From NCBI GenBank assembly GCA_964657325.1, contig CAZZVE010000006.1, forward strand, positions 8,188 to 72,187: DNA of 64,000 nt. Direction: 5' to 3'. Made by a program: the position numbers and the translations under genes. The notes beneath the pieces are model-generated. The model searched no databases, was not told the origin of the DNA, and saw only the letters and a list, made by a program, of their open reading frames with translations. Source of the stretch: an uncultured Ktedonobacterales bacterium (lineage in GTDB: Bacteria > Chloroflexota > Ktedonobacteria > Ktedonobacterales > Ktedonobacteraceae). Shown here piece by piece: positions 38,201 to 47,819 of the stretch. How positions within the stretch are numbered: the stretch's first letter is position 1; every line of letters starts with the position of its first letter.

Positions 38201-38393
38201 TCGATGAGCCTCCTCAATACCAATAAAGCATTCCTCAACAACTATAACACATTTCTCTTTTCGTACATGAGAGTAAACATAGCTTCCGGGGCGATATCCA
38301 AAAAGTACTTATTTGGGCCTGTTTCTCACCACACATTCGTGAAGTAGCGTACAATACTCACACAGTTTATGATCTATGGTAGTTATAGAGGGA

Positions 38394-40199
38394 ATGAGCA
38401 TGGGTAGACGCCTCGGACTTGTCGTGGGTGTCAATTCCTACCAGGACAATACATTTCAGCCGCTTCAGTTCGCTGAAAACGATGCACGCGCGTTTGCTCA
38501 GTGGCTTGTAAACGAGAAGGGTGGAAAATGGGCACCCGCAGATGTGCAACATGTATATAGCATAAATGCCACAAGAGACCTCATTGAGTCTCTTGTACTA
38601 CAACTTTGCCTCTCGATTGCCCAACCTGATGATCTTGTGCTCATTTATATCGCCAGCCATGCCTTTCTCGATGAGAGAAATGGTGACGGTTATCTTGCAC
38701 TGTCGGACACCTTCTATAGAAATCCCAGTACAGGTCTACACCTTTCCTTACTAGCACAGCAAGTGATGACACAAAGTCGTGCAGCTAATATCGTGTTCAT
38801 ACTCGATTCGTTCCAAACGGGTCAAGCATGGGGTACACGGCAAAACTCACCCTACGATGTTCAGCCACTTTTGGGTACCGCACTTCTGCAAGGATTACAG
38901 CAACAACAGGAACGAATTATACTTGGCTCATGTCGTGGTAATGCCTTTAGTGCAGAGGCAGGAGAACGTGGTTTAGGTCTGCTGATGTATCGTATGATAG
39001 TTGGTTTAAGTAGTGCTGCAACCGATCCGATAACAGGAAGCGTTACACTACAAACACTGTATACCTATCTTGCAAATAACTTAGCAATGCAGCAACGCCC
39101 ACAAGTTTTTGGACAAGCTCCCAACCCCATCATGCTAGTGGGGAACGAATATCTACAGCAACAACCAGTACAAACCATGCGTCCAGAGAATACTCCTGTG
39201 TATGCAGCAACTGTACCACAAACGCCCCAAGGTGCGGTAGTACAACAGGGAGCGTATAATGCGACGGCTACTGCCCAGTTAGCACCCTCGTCTCAGCAGA
39301 GACAAAGAACTACATCTGGACAACTTCATTCCTCTGAAATTGAGCAACACCGACAGCAGCAGAGCGCATTCCTTCTCGACTCAGCACTGCAACAGTTTCA
39401 GGCGCAACACCCAGAAGAGGCACTACGCTTCATAGATCAAGCACTGCAAATTACGCCTGGAGAGAGTGCGGGATTGACCCTGAAAGGGCAAATTCTGGGT
39501 ACAATGGGCCGATTTCCAGAGGCACTCATGGCTGTTGATCAGTTACGGCAACAAGAACCAGATAACGCGCTTGCATGGAGTATGGGCGCAGTGCTATTAA
39601 CGAATATGGGACGCCATCAGGAAGCACTCGCCGCGATTGAACGTTCTCTTGAACTTGATGCGAGCAATACGGAGAGTTATGCTATCAAGACAGACATTAT
39701 GTCGAGCATCGCAATTGCACAAAATAAAGATAAGACACTACCTAAAAACGAGTTAATCGCGTCAGAAAAAAGACGTGGTGGACCATTATCTTTTCTACTA
39801 AGTATGGGGCTACAGTTTGTAGGCTTGTTGCTCGGTATCGTGGGTGGACTTCTGCCGATTATTCGTCCAACGCTACCAATAACACTCTCATTGCTTTTAG
39901 AGAGTTTGGGGTTAGCTATCTTATGTGTAAACGCGGCACGAGGTGCTTATCGCTATGGCTTCCTACGTGTTCTCGTGACACTTTTCTTTAGTCTTCTCCC
40001 AGTCGCACTTCTCGGTATTAGTATAGGCTATCGTCCCGCCTATAGGAAAATCATTTTTGAATTGCAAGCCCATCCTGTGTTCTTAGTACCGCTCCTCTTT
40101 CTTGGTCTGTGGCTCGCCGTAGCAGCAGTCGTACCAGATATTCTAGCAATCATCGCGTTTATCAGCGGAATGATCACAGGAGTAAGACGAAGAAGGTAA
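38394..40199 (+). CDS. caspase-fold (peptidase C14-like) / TPR / multi-pass membrane protein, catalytic Cys absent
   Basis: LGLVVGVNSY..L.FAENDA, YIASHAF (His position), ILDSFQTG (Phe where Cys is expected). A Q-rich linker, about 3 TPRs, then 4-5 C-terminal hydrophobic helices. The start may be 38376, 38394 or 38400. Confidence 0.75.
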   Translation: MSMGRRLGLVVGVNSYQDNTFQPLQFAENDARAFAQWLVNEKGGKWAPADVQHVYSINATRDLIESLVLQLCLSIAQPDDLVLIYIASHAFLDERNGDGYLALSDTFYRNPSTGLHLSLLAQQVMTQSRAANIVFILDSFQTGQAWGTRQNSPYDVQPLLGTALLQGLQQQQERIILGSCRGNAFSAEAGERGLGLLMYRMIVGLSSAATDPITGSVTLQTLYTYLANNLAMQQRPQVFGQAPNPIMLVGNEYLQQQPVQTMRPENTPVYAATVPQTPQGAVVQQGAYNATATAQLAPSSQQRQRTTSGQLHSSEIEQHRQQQSAFLLDSALQQFQAQHPEEALRFIDQALQITPGESAGLTLKGQILGTMGRFPEALMAVDQLRQQEPDNALAWSMGAVLLTNMGRHQEALAAIERSLELDASNTESYAIKTDIMSSIAIAQNKDKTLPKNELIASEKRRGGPLSFLLSMGLQFVGLLLGIVGGLLPIIRPTLPITLSLLLESLGLAILCVNAARGAYRYGFLRVLVTLFFSLLPVALLGISIGYRPAYRKIIFELQAHPVFLVPLLFLGLWLAVAAVVPDILAIIAFISGMITGVRRRR

Positions 40200-40208
40200 A
40201 GGAGCTTA

Positions 40209-42158
40209 TTAGGCTCCTACCTCGTCAGCAAGCCGTTCCCATTCAACGAGCAAGTCATCTACGCGTGCTCTGGCTTGTTCGTACTCGGCTGATAGTTGTG
40301 TGAGCTGCTCTCCATCTGCATTCAGGGCTGCTTCTGATAGAGCGTTCTCTACGGTTTTGACATGTGCCTCGGCCTTTTCTATATCGCGCTCAACGTCCTC
40401 GACGGTGCGCGTCTTTGTCTTTGCCGACCTTTTATTACTTGTCTTCACAACTGGCGCGGCAGGTTTTTCGACAATAGGTGTTTTCTTTGCAGCCGGCACA
40501 GGCACATCGAGCAGGATTGGTTGCTTTTTCGTTCGATAGTCGGTGTAGTTCCCCATATACGGAATAAGCACACCATCTTCAATAGCCCAGACCTTTGTTG
40601 CGAGACTATCAATAAAGTAACGGTCATGCGAAACGAACAGTAAAGTACCCTCAAACTCGCTCAACACTTCTTCCAAAAACTGTCGCGATTGTAGGTCAAG
40701 ATGGTTGGTTGGTTCATCCAAGATGAGCAGGTTGGAGCCTTGTAAGGTCAATTTTGCTAATGCGACACGACTTCGTTCACCACCACTTAACGCGCCGATT
40801 GGCTTGAACACATCATCACCAGAAAAAAGGAAACGACCCAGAAAGCTACGTGCACCCTCCTCGCTCAAGACGCTGATCTGACGAATTTCGTCAAGAATGG
40901 TACGCTCGTAGTTAAGGCCAGCATGGGTCTGTGAGTAGTAGCCAACGCGCACATTATGTCCGATAGTTGCATGTCCACTCATAGGAGGTAGCTCACCAAT
41001 GAGCGTGCGTAGGACCGTGGTTTTGCCAGCACCATTAGGACCGATAAAGCCGACACGATCTCCGCGTAACAACTCCAGGTCCGCAACACGCACAAGTGTA
41101 GTAGGTTCACCACTTCTCTGAGGGTCACGTCTTGAGCCTCCACCATAGCCAACGGCGAGTTTGTTGGTCGAAATAACAACGAGACCGCTATCCGTCACTT
41201 GCGTGAACTCGAAGTGCAGTTCGGGAAAGTCCTGTGGTCGTTCTACCCGCTCAAGACGGTCTAGCAATTTCTGTCGCCCTCGCGCCTCTTTACTACGTTG
41301 TCCTGCTTTATAACGGCGAATAAATTCTTCTGTATGGGCAATATGTGCTTGTTGTGCTTCATACTCACGAAGTTGCCGATCCATACGCTCTTCACGCAGG
41401 CTCAGATACTTTGTGTAGTTGCCCGGATATTCCTCTATACGCCCAAAGGCCATTTCAATCGTTCGTGAGACGATTTTATCAAGAAAGTAACGGTCATGTG
41501 CAACGATAACCATTGCACCTTTCCAACTGAGCAGGTAGGTTTCCAGCCATTCAAGTGCGGTAAGGTCAAGATGATTTGTTGGCTCATCCATCAAAAGCAA
41601 ATCGGGTTCTTGTAACAGCAGTTTGCCAAGAGAAGCCCGTGTTTGTTGTCCACCACTGAGACGCATAACAGGAGACGCCTGTTGTTCACGTGTGAAGCCA
41701 AGACCATCAAGCACCTGCTCAACACGATTCTCGTATGTATACCCGCCTGCATGCTCATACTGTGTTTGTAGCTCATCGTAGCGCGCAAGCAATGTATCAT
41801 ATAACGCTTTATTCTCTTGTGTAGTAGTCGATGACATTTCCTGAGTAAGAGTGCTCAACTCCTGTTCCCAGGAGCGCAGTTCAGAGAAGACGGTTAACAA
41901 CTCTTCGCGTAGAGTATTTTGTGGCTGAAAGTCAACATATTGCGTCAAATAACCAACACGAATAGTACGAGCGATGGCAACGGAACCCTCGTCAGGCTCT
42001 TCTCGACGTGCCAGAATATTGAGTAACGTAGATTTTCCTGCTCCATTTGGGCCAACTAACCCGATACGGTCATGTTCATTAATTTGAAATGTGATGCCAG
42101 AAAAGATGCGCTCCGCGCCAAACGACTTCCCCACCTCTGTACAACTAAGAATTGGCAT
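40209..42158 (-). CDS. ABC-F family ATPase (Uup-like, with C-terminal coiled-coil)
   Basis: Two ABC cassettes (GPNGAGKST twice, LSGGQ/LSGGE signatures) with no TM domain. There is an inter-domain linker and a K/E-rich coiled C-terminus. Confidence 0.9.
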   Translation of the reverse strand: MPILSCTEVGKSFGAERIFSGITFQINEHDRIGLVGPNGAGKSTLLNILARREEPDEGSVAIARTIRVGYLTQYVDFQPQNTLREELLTVFSELRSWEQELSTLTQEMSSTTTQENKALYDTLLARYDELQTQYEHAGGYTYENRVEQVLDGLGFTREQQASPVMRLSGGQQTRASLGKLLLQEPDLLLMDEPTNHLDLTALEWLETYLLSWKGAMVIVAHDRYFLDKIVSRTIEMAFGRIEEYPGNYTKYLSLREERMDRQLREYEAQQAHIAHTEEFIRRYKAGQRSKEARGRQKLLDRLERVERPQDFPELHFEFTQVTDSGLVVISTNKLAVGYGGGSRRDPQRSGEPTTLVRVADLELLRGDRVGFIGPNGAGKTTVLRTLIGELPPMSGHATIGHNVRVGYYSQTHAGLNYERTILDEIRQISVLSEEGARSFLGRFLFSGDDVFKPIGALSGGERSRVALAKLTLQGSNLLILDEPTNHLDLQSRQFLEEVLSEFEGTLLFVSHDRYFIDSLATKVWAIEDGVLIPYMGNYTDYRTKKQPILLDVPVPAAKKTPIVEKPAAPVVKTSNKRSAKTKTRTVEDVERDIEKAEAHVKTVENALSEAALNADGEQLTQLSAEYEQARARVDDLLVEWERLADEVGA

Positions 42159-42472
42159 AGTGTTTCACCTAGAATTTACTTTATATTGCTCGTCTTTTAT
42201 CAAAGGTAGGTTATCATACTCATGCCAGAGATGCAAGAGAAATTGACATCCTCCTCATGGTTAAAAGTGAGGAGCGTTCCTCTCTCGCTAAAGAGAATTT
42301 CCTGTTTCAAGGGAAAATAAGATATACGTGTGTTAGCAACAGTGTTGATGAATGTAAGTATGTCAAGTCGTATCCAAGTATCCTGATATTTTTTGTGGAG
42401 TGTAGCATGGACATATCTTCATATGATATACTCCATAAAACAAGACGTTCTCCGCAGAAAGGATGATGATAG

Positions 42473-43135
42473 GTGGCGAAAGAGCAGTCCCTGGATAATC
42501 TTTGGTTGGCACAGATGCTATTTGATCTTGGTGCAGTACAATTTGGTAATTTTACAGTGAGCGAGTCGGCGGTGAGTTCGCCGATTTTTATCAACCCCAA
42601 GGTCTTAATTAGCAACCCAACCGCATTAAGTGTTGCTGCGAAACTTATGCAACAAGAAATTAATTTGGCGCAGTCGTTGCGTCGTGCACGCGTTCATTCC
42701 TTCAATATCGTCGCGGGAGTCCCAGTAGGGGGTCTTATCCTGGCATCCGCATATTCGCTAGAGACTTCAACGCCGATGATCTATGCGCGTATCCGCCCAG
42801 AAGGAACTGGAAAGCGTGGAATTGAAGGCCGTTTTACGAAAGGTGACACCGCCCTTATCATTGACGATCTCATCACGAGAGGCAGTAGTACGCTAGAAAC
42901 TGCGGCACTCTTGGAAGAAAACGGGCTAAAGGTGAAAGATGTTATCGTCCTCATTGACCGTGAGCATGGAGCTGCAGAGCGTCTACGGCAACATGGATAC
43001 AATCTGATGAGCATTTTGAAATTAGATGTTATGCTCACGCATTATGTATCAAAAGGTCTCATCTCAGAGGATACCTATCGGGCCTGCGCTGAGTACCTAC
43101 GCGCTAAACAAGACGAGAATCATAACAATTTATAG
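42473..43135 (+). CDS. pyrE: orotate phosphoribosyltransferase (second, stand-alone copy)
   Basis: GTG start after AAAGGA. GAVQFGNFT, the PRPP loop ALIIDDLITRGSS, and VLIDRE. Confidence 0.85.
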   Translation: MAKEQSLDNLWLAQMLFDLGAVQFGNFTVSESAVSSPIFINPKVLISNPTALSVAAKLMQQEINLAQSLRRARVHSFNIVAGVPVGGLILASAYSLETSTPMIYARIRPEGTGKRGIEGRFTKGDTALIIDDLITRGSSTLETAALLEENGLKVKDVIVLIDREHGAAERLRQHGYNLMSILKLDVMLTHYVSKGLISEDTYRACAEYLRAKQDENHNNL

Positions 43136-43138
43136 CAA

Positions 43139-43186
43139 AGCAAGAGGGTGTGCCGAAAATTTTCGGCACACCCTCTTGCTTTTTTT
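43139..43186. terminator. bidirectional intrinsic terminator between pyrE2 and the SPFH gene
   Basis: AGCAAGAGGGTGTGCCGAAAA / TTTTCGGCACACCCTCTTGCT stem followed by T7. Confidence 0.85.
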
Positions 43187-43193
43187 ACTTCAA

Positions 43194-44039
43194 CTACTGA
43201 GGTGACTGAGACAAGTGACCGTTTTTCTCTGATACATGAGGTCCGTCAAGCGGTACATGCTGTGGTTCAGGTTGGCGTTTCATCATATCCATCATTGGCT
43301 GCACAAGGTCCATAGGAAGTGGGAAGATGATGGTCGAGTTTTTCTCAACAGCTATCTCTGTCAATGTTTGCAGGTAACGTAACTGCATTGCATTCGGCTG
43401 TGAGCCAATCACACCAGCTGCCTTTGCAAGTTGTGCCGAAGCCTGATACTCACCCTCTGCATGAATGATTTTCGCACGCTTCTCACGTTCTGCCTCCGCC
43501 TGTTTCGCCATTGCGCGTTGCATCGTGACAGGCAATTCCACGTCTTTGATCTCTACAGCAGTCATCTTGACGCCCCAACGTTCGGTATGCTCGTCAATGA
43601 TTGTTTGCAGATCATGATTGATCTTGTTGCGTTGTGACAAAATCTCATCCAACTCGGATTGACCAAGTACGTTACGTAACGTGGTTTGTCCGATCTGTGT
43701 CGTCGCTTGGATGAAGTTCATCACGTTGACTACTGCCGCGGAAGGATCAACCACATAGAAGTACAATACAGCAGTTACTTTTATGGTTACGTTGTCACGC
43801 GAAATCACCTCTTGTGGTGGAACAGTCAGAGTGACAATACGCAAGTCAACTTTGACCATACGCGAGATGAATGGTGGGACCAGGAAGATACCTGGACCTT
43901 TCGCGCCAGTTAGTCGCCCTAGCACAAAGATTACCCCACGTTCATACTGTTGTACGACTCGAACAGATGACAACAAGGCAAAGAGTGCGATCAGAACGAT
44001 GACACCGATTACACCAGCAATAATAGGGTCCATACACAT
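43194..44039 (-). CDS. SPFH/band-7 (stomatin-like) protein
   Basis: N-terminal TM helix then the SPFH core (V.QYERGV.F.LGR, D.R..T..VP.QEVI.RDNV). Follows nfeD on the same strand. Confidence 0.88.
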   Translation of the reverse strand: MCMDPIIAGVIGVIVLIALFALLSSVRVVQQYERGVIFVLGRLTGAKGPGIFLVPPFISRMVKVDLRIVTLTVPPQEVISRDNVTIKVTAVLYFYVVDPSAAVVNVMNFIQATTQIGQTTLRNVLGQSELDEILSQRNKINHDLQTIIDEHTERWGVKMTAVEIKDVELPVTMQRAMAKQAEAEREKRAKIIHAEGEYQASAQLAKAAGVIGSQPNAMQLRYLQTLTEIAVEKNSTIIFPLPMDLVQPMMDMMKRQPEPQHVPLDGPHVSEKNGHLSQSPQ

Positions 44040-44066
44040 TTTCTCCTTGTAAGTAAGACAAAGTGT

Positions 44067-44708
44067 CTACGACATTTCCTGAATACTATGAATATTCTCA
44101 CGCAATAGTGAACCTATAGGCTGCACATGAAGACGCAACCCTTCTACAGAGACGATTTGTAGTTTTGAGCCAGGATCAGCCGATGTCGAGGAGTCATCAA
44201 GAATTGCTGCCCAATCCTCGCCAGCGTATCGAACTCGTCCTTCTGGAAGGAGTGGCGTTTTCGCAGTAACCATTGCTCCTATCATGCCCTCTACTCCCGT
44301 CGTGACACGCATTCTTCGCACACGTATTGCGAGTCTGACCACCAGAAAACCAATGATACCAACTATTCCAGCCACAACATACACCAGAATTGGACTCAAT
44401 TGCGCGCTCCCCGAATTGCTGTTATTAAAAAAGAGGAGTGCACCAGCGACAAGCGAAATCATCGCGCCAGCAGTCAAGACTCCATGTGCTGGCAGTTTTA
44501 CATCGAGTACAAGCAAGACTGCGGCAAGAAGCATGAATACTAATCCCACCCAGTTCGGTGCAAGCGAACTTGCAGCAAAAAGGAAGAAGAGAAACGCAAT
44601 GCCTCCAATAACGCCTGGGAAAATGGCACCTGGATGAGCTAGTTCAAGGTAAATGCCAAGCACTGCGACAACAAAAAGTAAAAACACTATGTTCGGGTCG
44701 AGTAGCAT
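44067..44708 (-). CDS. NfeD family membrane protein (short form, no protease domain)
   Basis: 4-5 TM helices plus a C-terminal OB-like segment (G.V...GE.W.A). Classic pairing with a downstream SPFH gene. Confidence 0.8.
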   Translation of the reverse strand: MLLDPNIVFLLFVVAVLGIYLELAHPGAIFPGVIGGIAFLFFLFAASSLAPNWVGLVFMLLAAVLLVLDVKLPAHGVLTAGAMISLVAGALLFFNNSNSGSAQLSPILVYVVAGIVGIIGFLVVRLAIRVRRMRVTTGVEGMIGAMVTAKTPLLPEGRVRYAGEDWAAILDDSSTSADPGSKLQIVSVEGLRLHVQPIGSLLRENIHSIQEMS

Positions 44709-44949
44709 AATCCTCCCCCAGCAGTTTTATCGTGCAATCTACATATAAAAGTTAGAAGTACAGGTTCGTAATCCCATATTTAGGCATATTCCACACCTAT
44801 TGCTTATACCTTCAATAGCTATCCGCTATTCTATTTATAACATATTGCTATTAAGTTGTCAAGAGATTACGAAGTGAAAGAGTGGAGGGTTTCAGGATAA
44901 GTGATGTTGGGAAGATAAGTTATCAGAAAGGGTTTGACGAAAGGAAGCG

Positions 44950-44996
44950 TTGTACTCTCAATGGCCTGTTAAGTTTATAAGCTATTGAGAGTACAA
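44950..44996 (-). terminator. 13-bp hairpin downstream of the nucleoside hydrolase gene
   Basis: TTGTACTCTCAAT (44950-44962) pairs with ATTGAGAGTACAA (44984-44996). The loop is large (21 nt). Confidence 0.35.
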
Positions 44997-45029
44997 GGGA
45001 AACGTCATATCTTAGTTATGGATAGAATA

Positions 45030-45959
45030 TTAGTACGAGACAAGCGTATCTATCAGCATGTCCCAAAACCGTGTTACATTCAATTCATACCCAACCCGTG
45101 CGTTTGCGGGTTTCCCTAATTTGCCGTATACATCGCATACAGTACGTCCAGCACTGAGCGTACTCGTAGTTTCAATTTCGACATACATATCAGCTGACTG
45201 AATAATGTCTAGTTCAAGTACGGCAGCAACGGCACAAGGATCATGTACAGGAGGTGCAGGGAAACCAAAGACGTTTTTGTAGCTATCGGCAAAAAAGACG
45301 AGCAAATCTGCGGCAAAGCTTGCGACAGGACGAGTCGCGGTACGTAAACGACTCACGACCTCCTCAGTCGCAAGTGCCTGATGCGTCACCTCTAATGGAA
45401 CCATCGTGATTGGTCGTCCACATTGAAAGACGATGGAGGCCGCCTCTGGATCGAACCATAAATTAAATTCTGCCGAAGGTGTTACATTTCCTACGCCAAT
45501 TGCGCCACCCATTAGCGAGATTGCCTGTATCTTAGGCACAATAGCAGGCTCACGACGTATCGCAGTAGCGATATTGGTAAGTGGTCCTGTTGGCACAAGC
45601 GTGATATTCCCCTCCGAGTTCATAAGCAGGTCAACAAGCAGATCGACAGCATGTTGCGGAGCAAGCTCGATATCCGGTTCAGGTATATTTGGACCATCCA
45701 TACCGGAGACACCATGAATATCGGCAGCATGTCGTGCAGGACGCACCAGTGGTCTATCCATTCCCATCGCAATAGGCACATTACGAATATTTGCCAGCGA
45801 GCAGACCTTGAGGGCGTTCTGTGTTGTCTTCTCGATTGATTGATTACCAGCAACCGTTGTAACCGCAAGCAATTCGAGCGCGGGATGATGTGCCGCCAGG
45901 AGGAGCGCAATCGCATCATCATGTCCGGGATCACAATCGAGAATTATTTTCTGTCTCAT
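45030..45959 (-). CDS. nucleoside hydrolase (inosine/uridine-preferring type)
   Basis: N-terminal DCDPGHDDAIAL Ca-binding motif. The start may be 45959 (MRQKIILD) or 45974. Confidence 0.88.
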   Translation of the reverse strand: MRQKIILDCDPGHDDAIALLLAAHHPALELLAVTTVAGNQSIEKTTQNALKVCSLANIRNVPIAMGMDRPLVRPARHAADIHGVSGMDGPNIPEPDIELAPQHAVDLLVDLLMNSEGNITLVPTGPLTNIATAIRREPAIVPKIQAISLMGGAIGVGNVTPSAEFNLWFDPEAASIVFQCGRPITMVPLEVTHQALATEEVVSRLRTATRPVASFAADLLVFFADSYKNVFGFPAPPVHDPCAVAAVLELDIIQSADMYVEIETTSTLSAGRTVCDVYGKLGKPANARVGYELNVTRFWDMLIDTLVSY

Positions 45960-46111
45960 TCGATTTTCTTTCACAGGGAATTTGTTGTGTGCGCTCTACT
46001 ATAGCGTTGTATCCAAGCAAACGTCAATATTGCTACCTATTTGTACATGTAAACCTGACTGTTCTTACAGTATCGTGCTTGTTATCCCTTTTGTTTCATG
46101 ACTCCAGGCAT

Positions 46112-47332
46112 TTAGACAGAATTGGATATTGCAGAAAGAACTTGAATATCTTTGTGGCTTTGTTCCCGCTCCAACATTTCATAAATACATTTTGATACAG
46201 AGATACCCCAAGCATCCCAATTCAAGCGATTATCAAAGGCTGCCCTTGTTGATTGCACTAATGCAGCGTAGCGTCGATCATCTCGGTAAATTTGCGCAAT
46301 AAGTTCTGCATATTCATCGGCTCCTGCCTCTAATGAAAGCAACGCGCCGTTTTCGCCATCGACAACTGCACCTGAAACACCGCCAGTATTTGTAGCAATA
46401 CTAGGCAGCCCAAACGAGCTTGCCTCACAGAACACGAAGCCATAGCATTCTTTACGCGTGGGCAGAAAGAAGAAATCTGATGTTTCATACAGTTTTTCCA
46501 GTTCTTTGCTCTGCTCTGCATTTTGTCTGCTCAAATAAGGAACAACAGTCATCCTCTCATGAGAGAATTCACGTGGAGGCACACATCCACAAACAATAAG
46601 GTGTGCTTTAATACCCTTCTCCTCTAATTTTAGGAGAGTCTCGAAAGCTATTGCACCACCTTTTCTATGCCAATCAACTCCGACAAAGAGAAGTTGACAG
46701 CGATCAGAACGCTGTCTCTTCAGAGCCACCTCTGTTGTCGGAGGTGTAGTAATATTAGCTCCCCATGGAAGAACTTTTATTTTCTCACTATTTATCTGAT
46801 AGTTCTCAATAGCAATGTGAGCAGCCCATTGGGCAGGGTAAAGCACTAAACTTGCTTTTGTGAGTGCTAACTTCTCAAGTGTATTTGCCTCGTCATAAGC
46901 TTTTGGTAGTAAGTTTGTGAATTCAGGATAGTAACCTTTCAGCGAAGCAACATTTGCATCTTCAAGCAATACAATGGGAATGTTTGTCTTGAGTAAAGCT
47001 ATCTCCGTCCAGCCAAGAGGAGTAAAAATAATATCAAAATTCTTGTGAGTAAGATGTTTTGTCAAGAGCTTTGTATACCTGCGAGCAGTGAAGAAAGTAT
47101 GATAGAGCATAAAGTTCTTCTTGAGAACAAGCTTTGTTACTTTCCGCAGAACTCTGTCAACACTCATCAATCCACGCATTTGTATTGGACCTATATACGA
47201 AACATTTCCACAGTGCTTCTCAAGGGCTTGTATCATGTAGCTATTTGCAATTCTGAATGAGGTGTGTGGAGTGTTCTCTACAAAAAGCGAGGTTAAAAAT
47301 CCTATTTTCAAGCGTCCACTCTTATCTGGCAT
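46112..47332 (-). CDS. glycosyltransferase family 4 (GT-B, Glycos_transf_1)
   Basis: C-terminal E..G....EA...G.P motif (FFFLPTRKECYGFVFCEASSFGLPSIATNTGG). AT-rich relative to its neighbours. Confidence 0.8.
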   Translation of the reverse strand: MPDKSGRLKIGFLTSLFVENTPHTSFRIANSYMIQALEKHCGNVSYIGPIQMRGLMSVDRVLRKVTKLVLKKNFMLYHTFFTARRYTKLLTKHLTHKNFDIIFTPLGWTEIALLKTNIPIVLLEDANVASLKGYYPEFTNLLPKAYDEANTLEKLALTKASLVLYPAQWAAHIAIENYQINSEKIKVLPWGANITTPPTTEVALKRQRSDRCQLLFVGVDWHRKGGAIAFETLLKLEEKGIKAHLIVCGCVPPREFSHERMTVVPYLSRQNAEQSKELEKLYETSDFFFLPTRKECYGFVFCEASSFGLPSIATNTGGVSGAVVDGENGALLSLEAGADEYAELIAQIYRDDRRYAALVQSTRAAFDNRLNWDAWGISVSKCIYEMLEREQSHKDIQVLSAISNSV

Positions 47333-47749
47333 AGTAGTAATACCTCTTTCCTTTCCTTACTCATATTTCTAAGAGCACAAGCATGTCTTAACTAGAAGTG
47401 TGTTTTGATGACTTCTTTACAATAATATCTCTTACATTTTTCTCAATTAGCTATACAATGCGATTTTATCCTATTTGCGTAATAACAAAAATGTATTTTG
47501 GTGAAGATGTAGTTAAGAAAAGGTATTATAGGTAGTGGATATCATACCAATTCTTGTGTACATATATAAGCAAATAAGCGAATAAAAGTGTAAGATGTGT
47601 CTTCATACACAACAATATTTTCACTCTTTAGCTTACGGTACATCAAGAAAATTATTTTGCTCAACATCTTTACAAAAGTTTAGGATTTCAACTAACAGGG
47701 CAGAGATAGAGGAGGAGCTGGCATATAAGATTGTATTAAGATCTTAAAG

Positions 47750-47803
47750 ATGCAGATGTGACGCTTCCTATAAAAGTTTTTATAGGAAGCGTCACATCTG
47801 CAT
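47750..47803 (-). terminator. hairpin of about 25 bp downstream of the secreted repeat-protein gene
   Basis: ATGCAGATGTGACGCTTCCTATAAAA / TTTTATAGGAAGCGTCACATCTGCAT are perfect inverted arms, 17 nt after the stop. Confidence 0.7.
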
Positions 47804-47819
47804 GTACTCAAAAACAAGG

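Noticed and set aside
42159-42300. Leader uORF (MRRMSISLASLA) and hairpin CUCCUCA..UGAGGAG upstream of the ABC-F gene, as in antibiotic-responsive ARE ABC-F attenuators
   Set aside because: The first AUG has no SD. The internal AGGAGG is directly fused to the second AUG with no spacing. No terminator follows. The protein looks like a housekeeping Uup-type ABC-F. The plus-strand ORF 42257-42466 is likewise unsupported.
44770-44792. tRNA-like T-arm motif GGTTCGTAATCCC
   Set aside because: The flanking sequence cannot form acceptor, D or anticodon stems. It is an isolated chance match.
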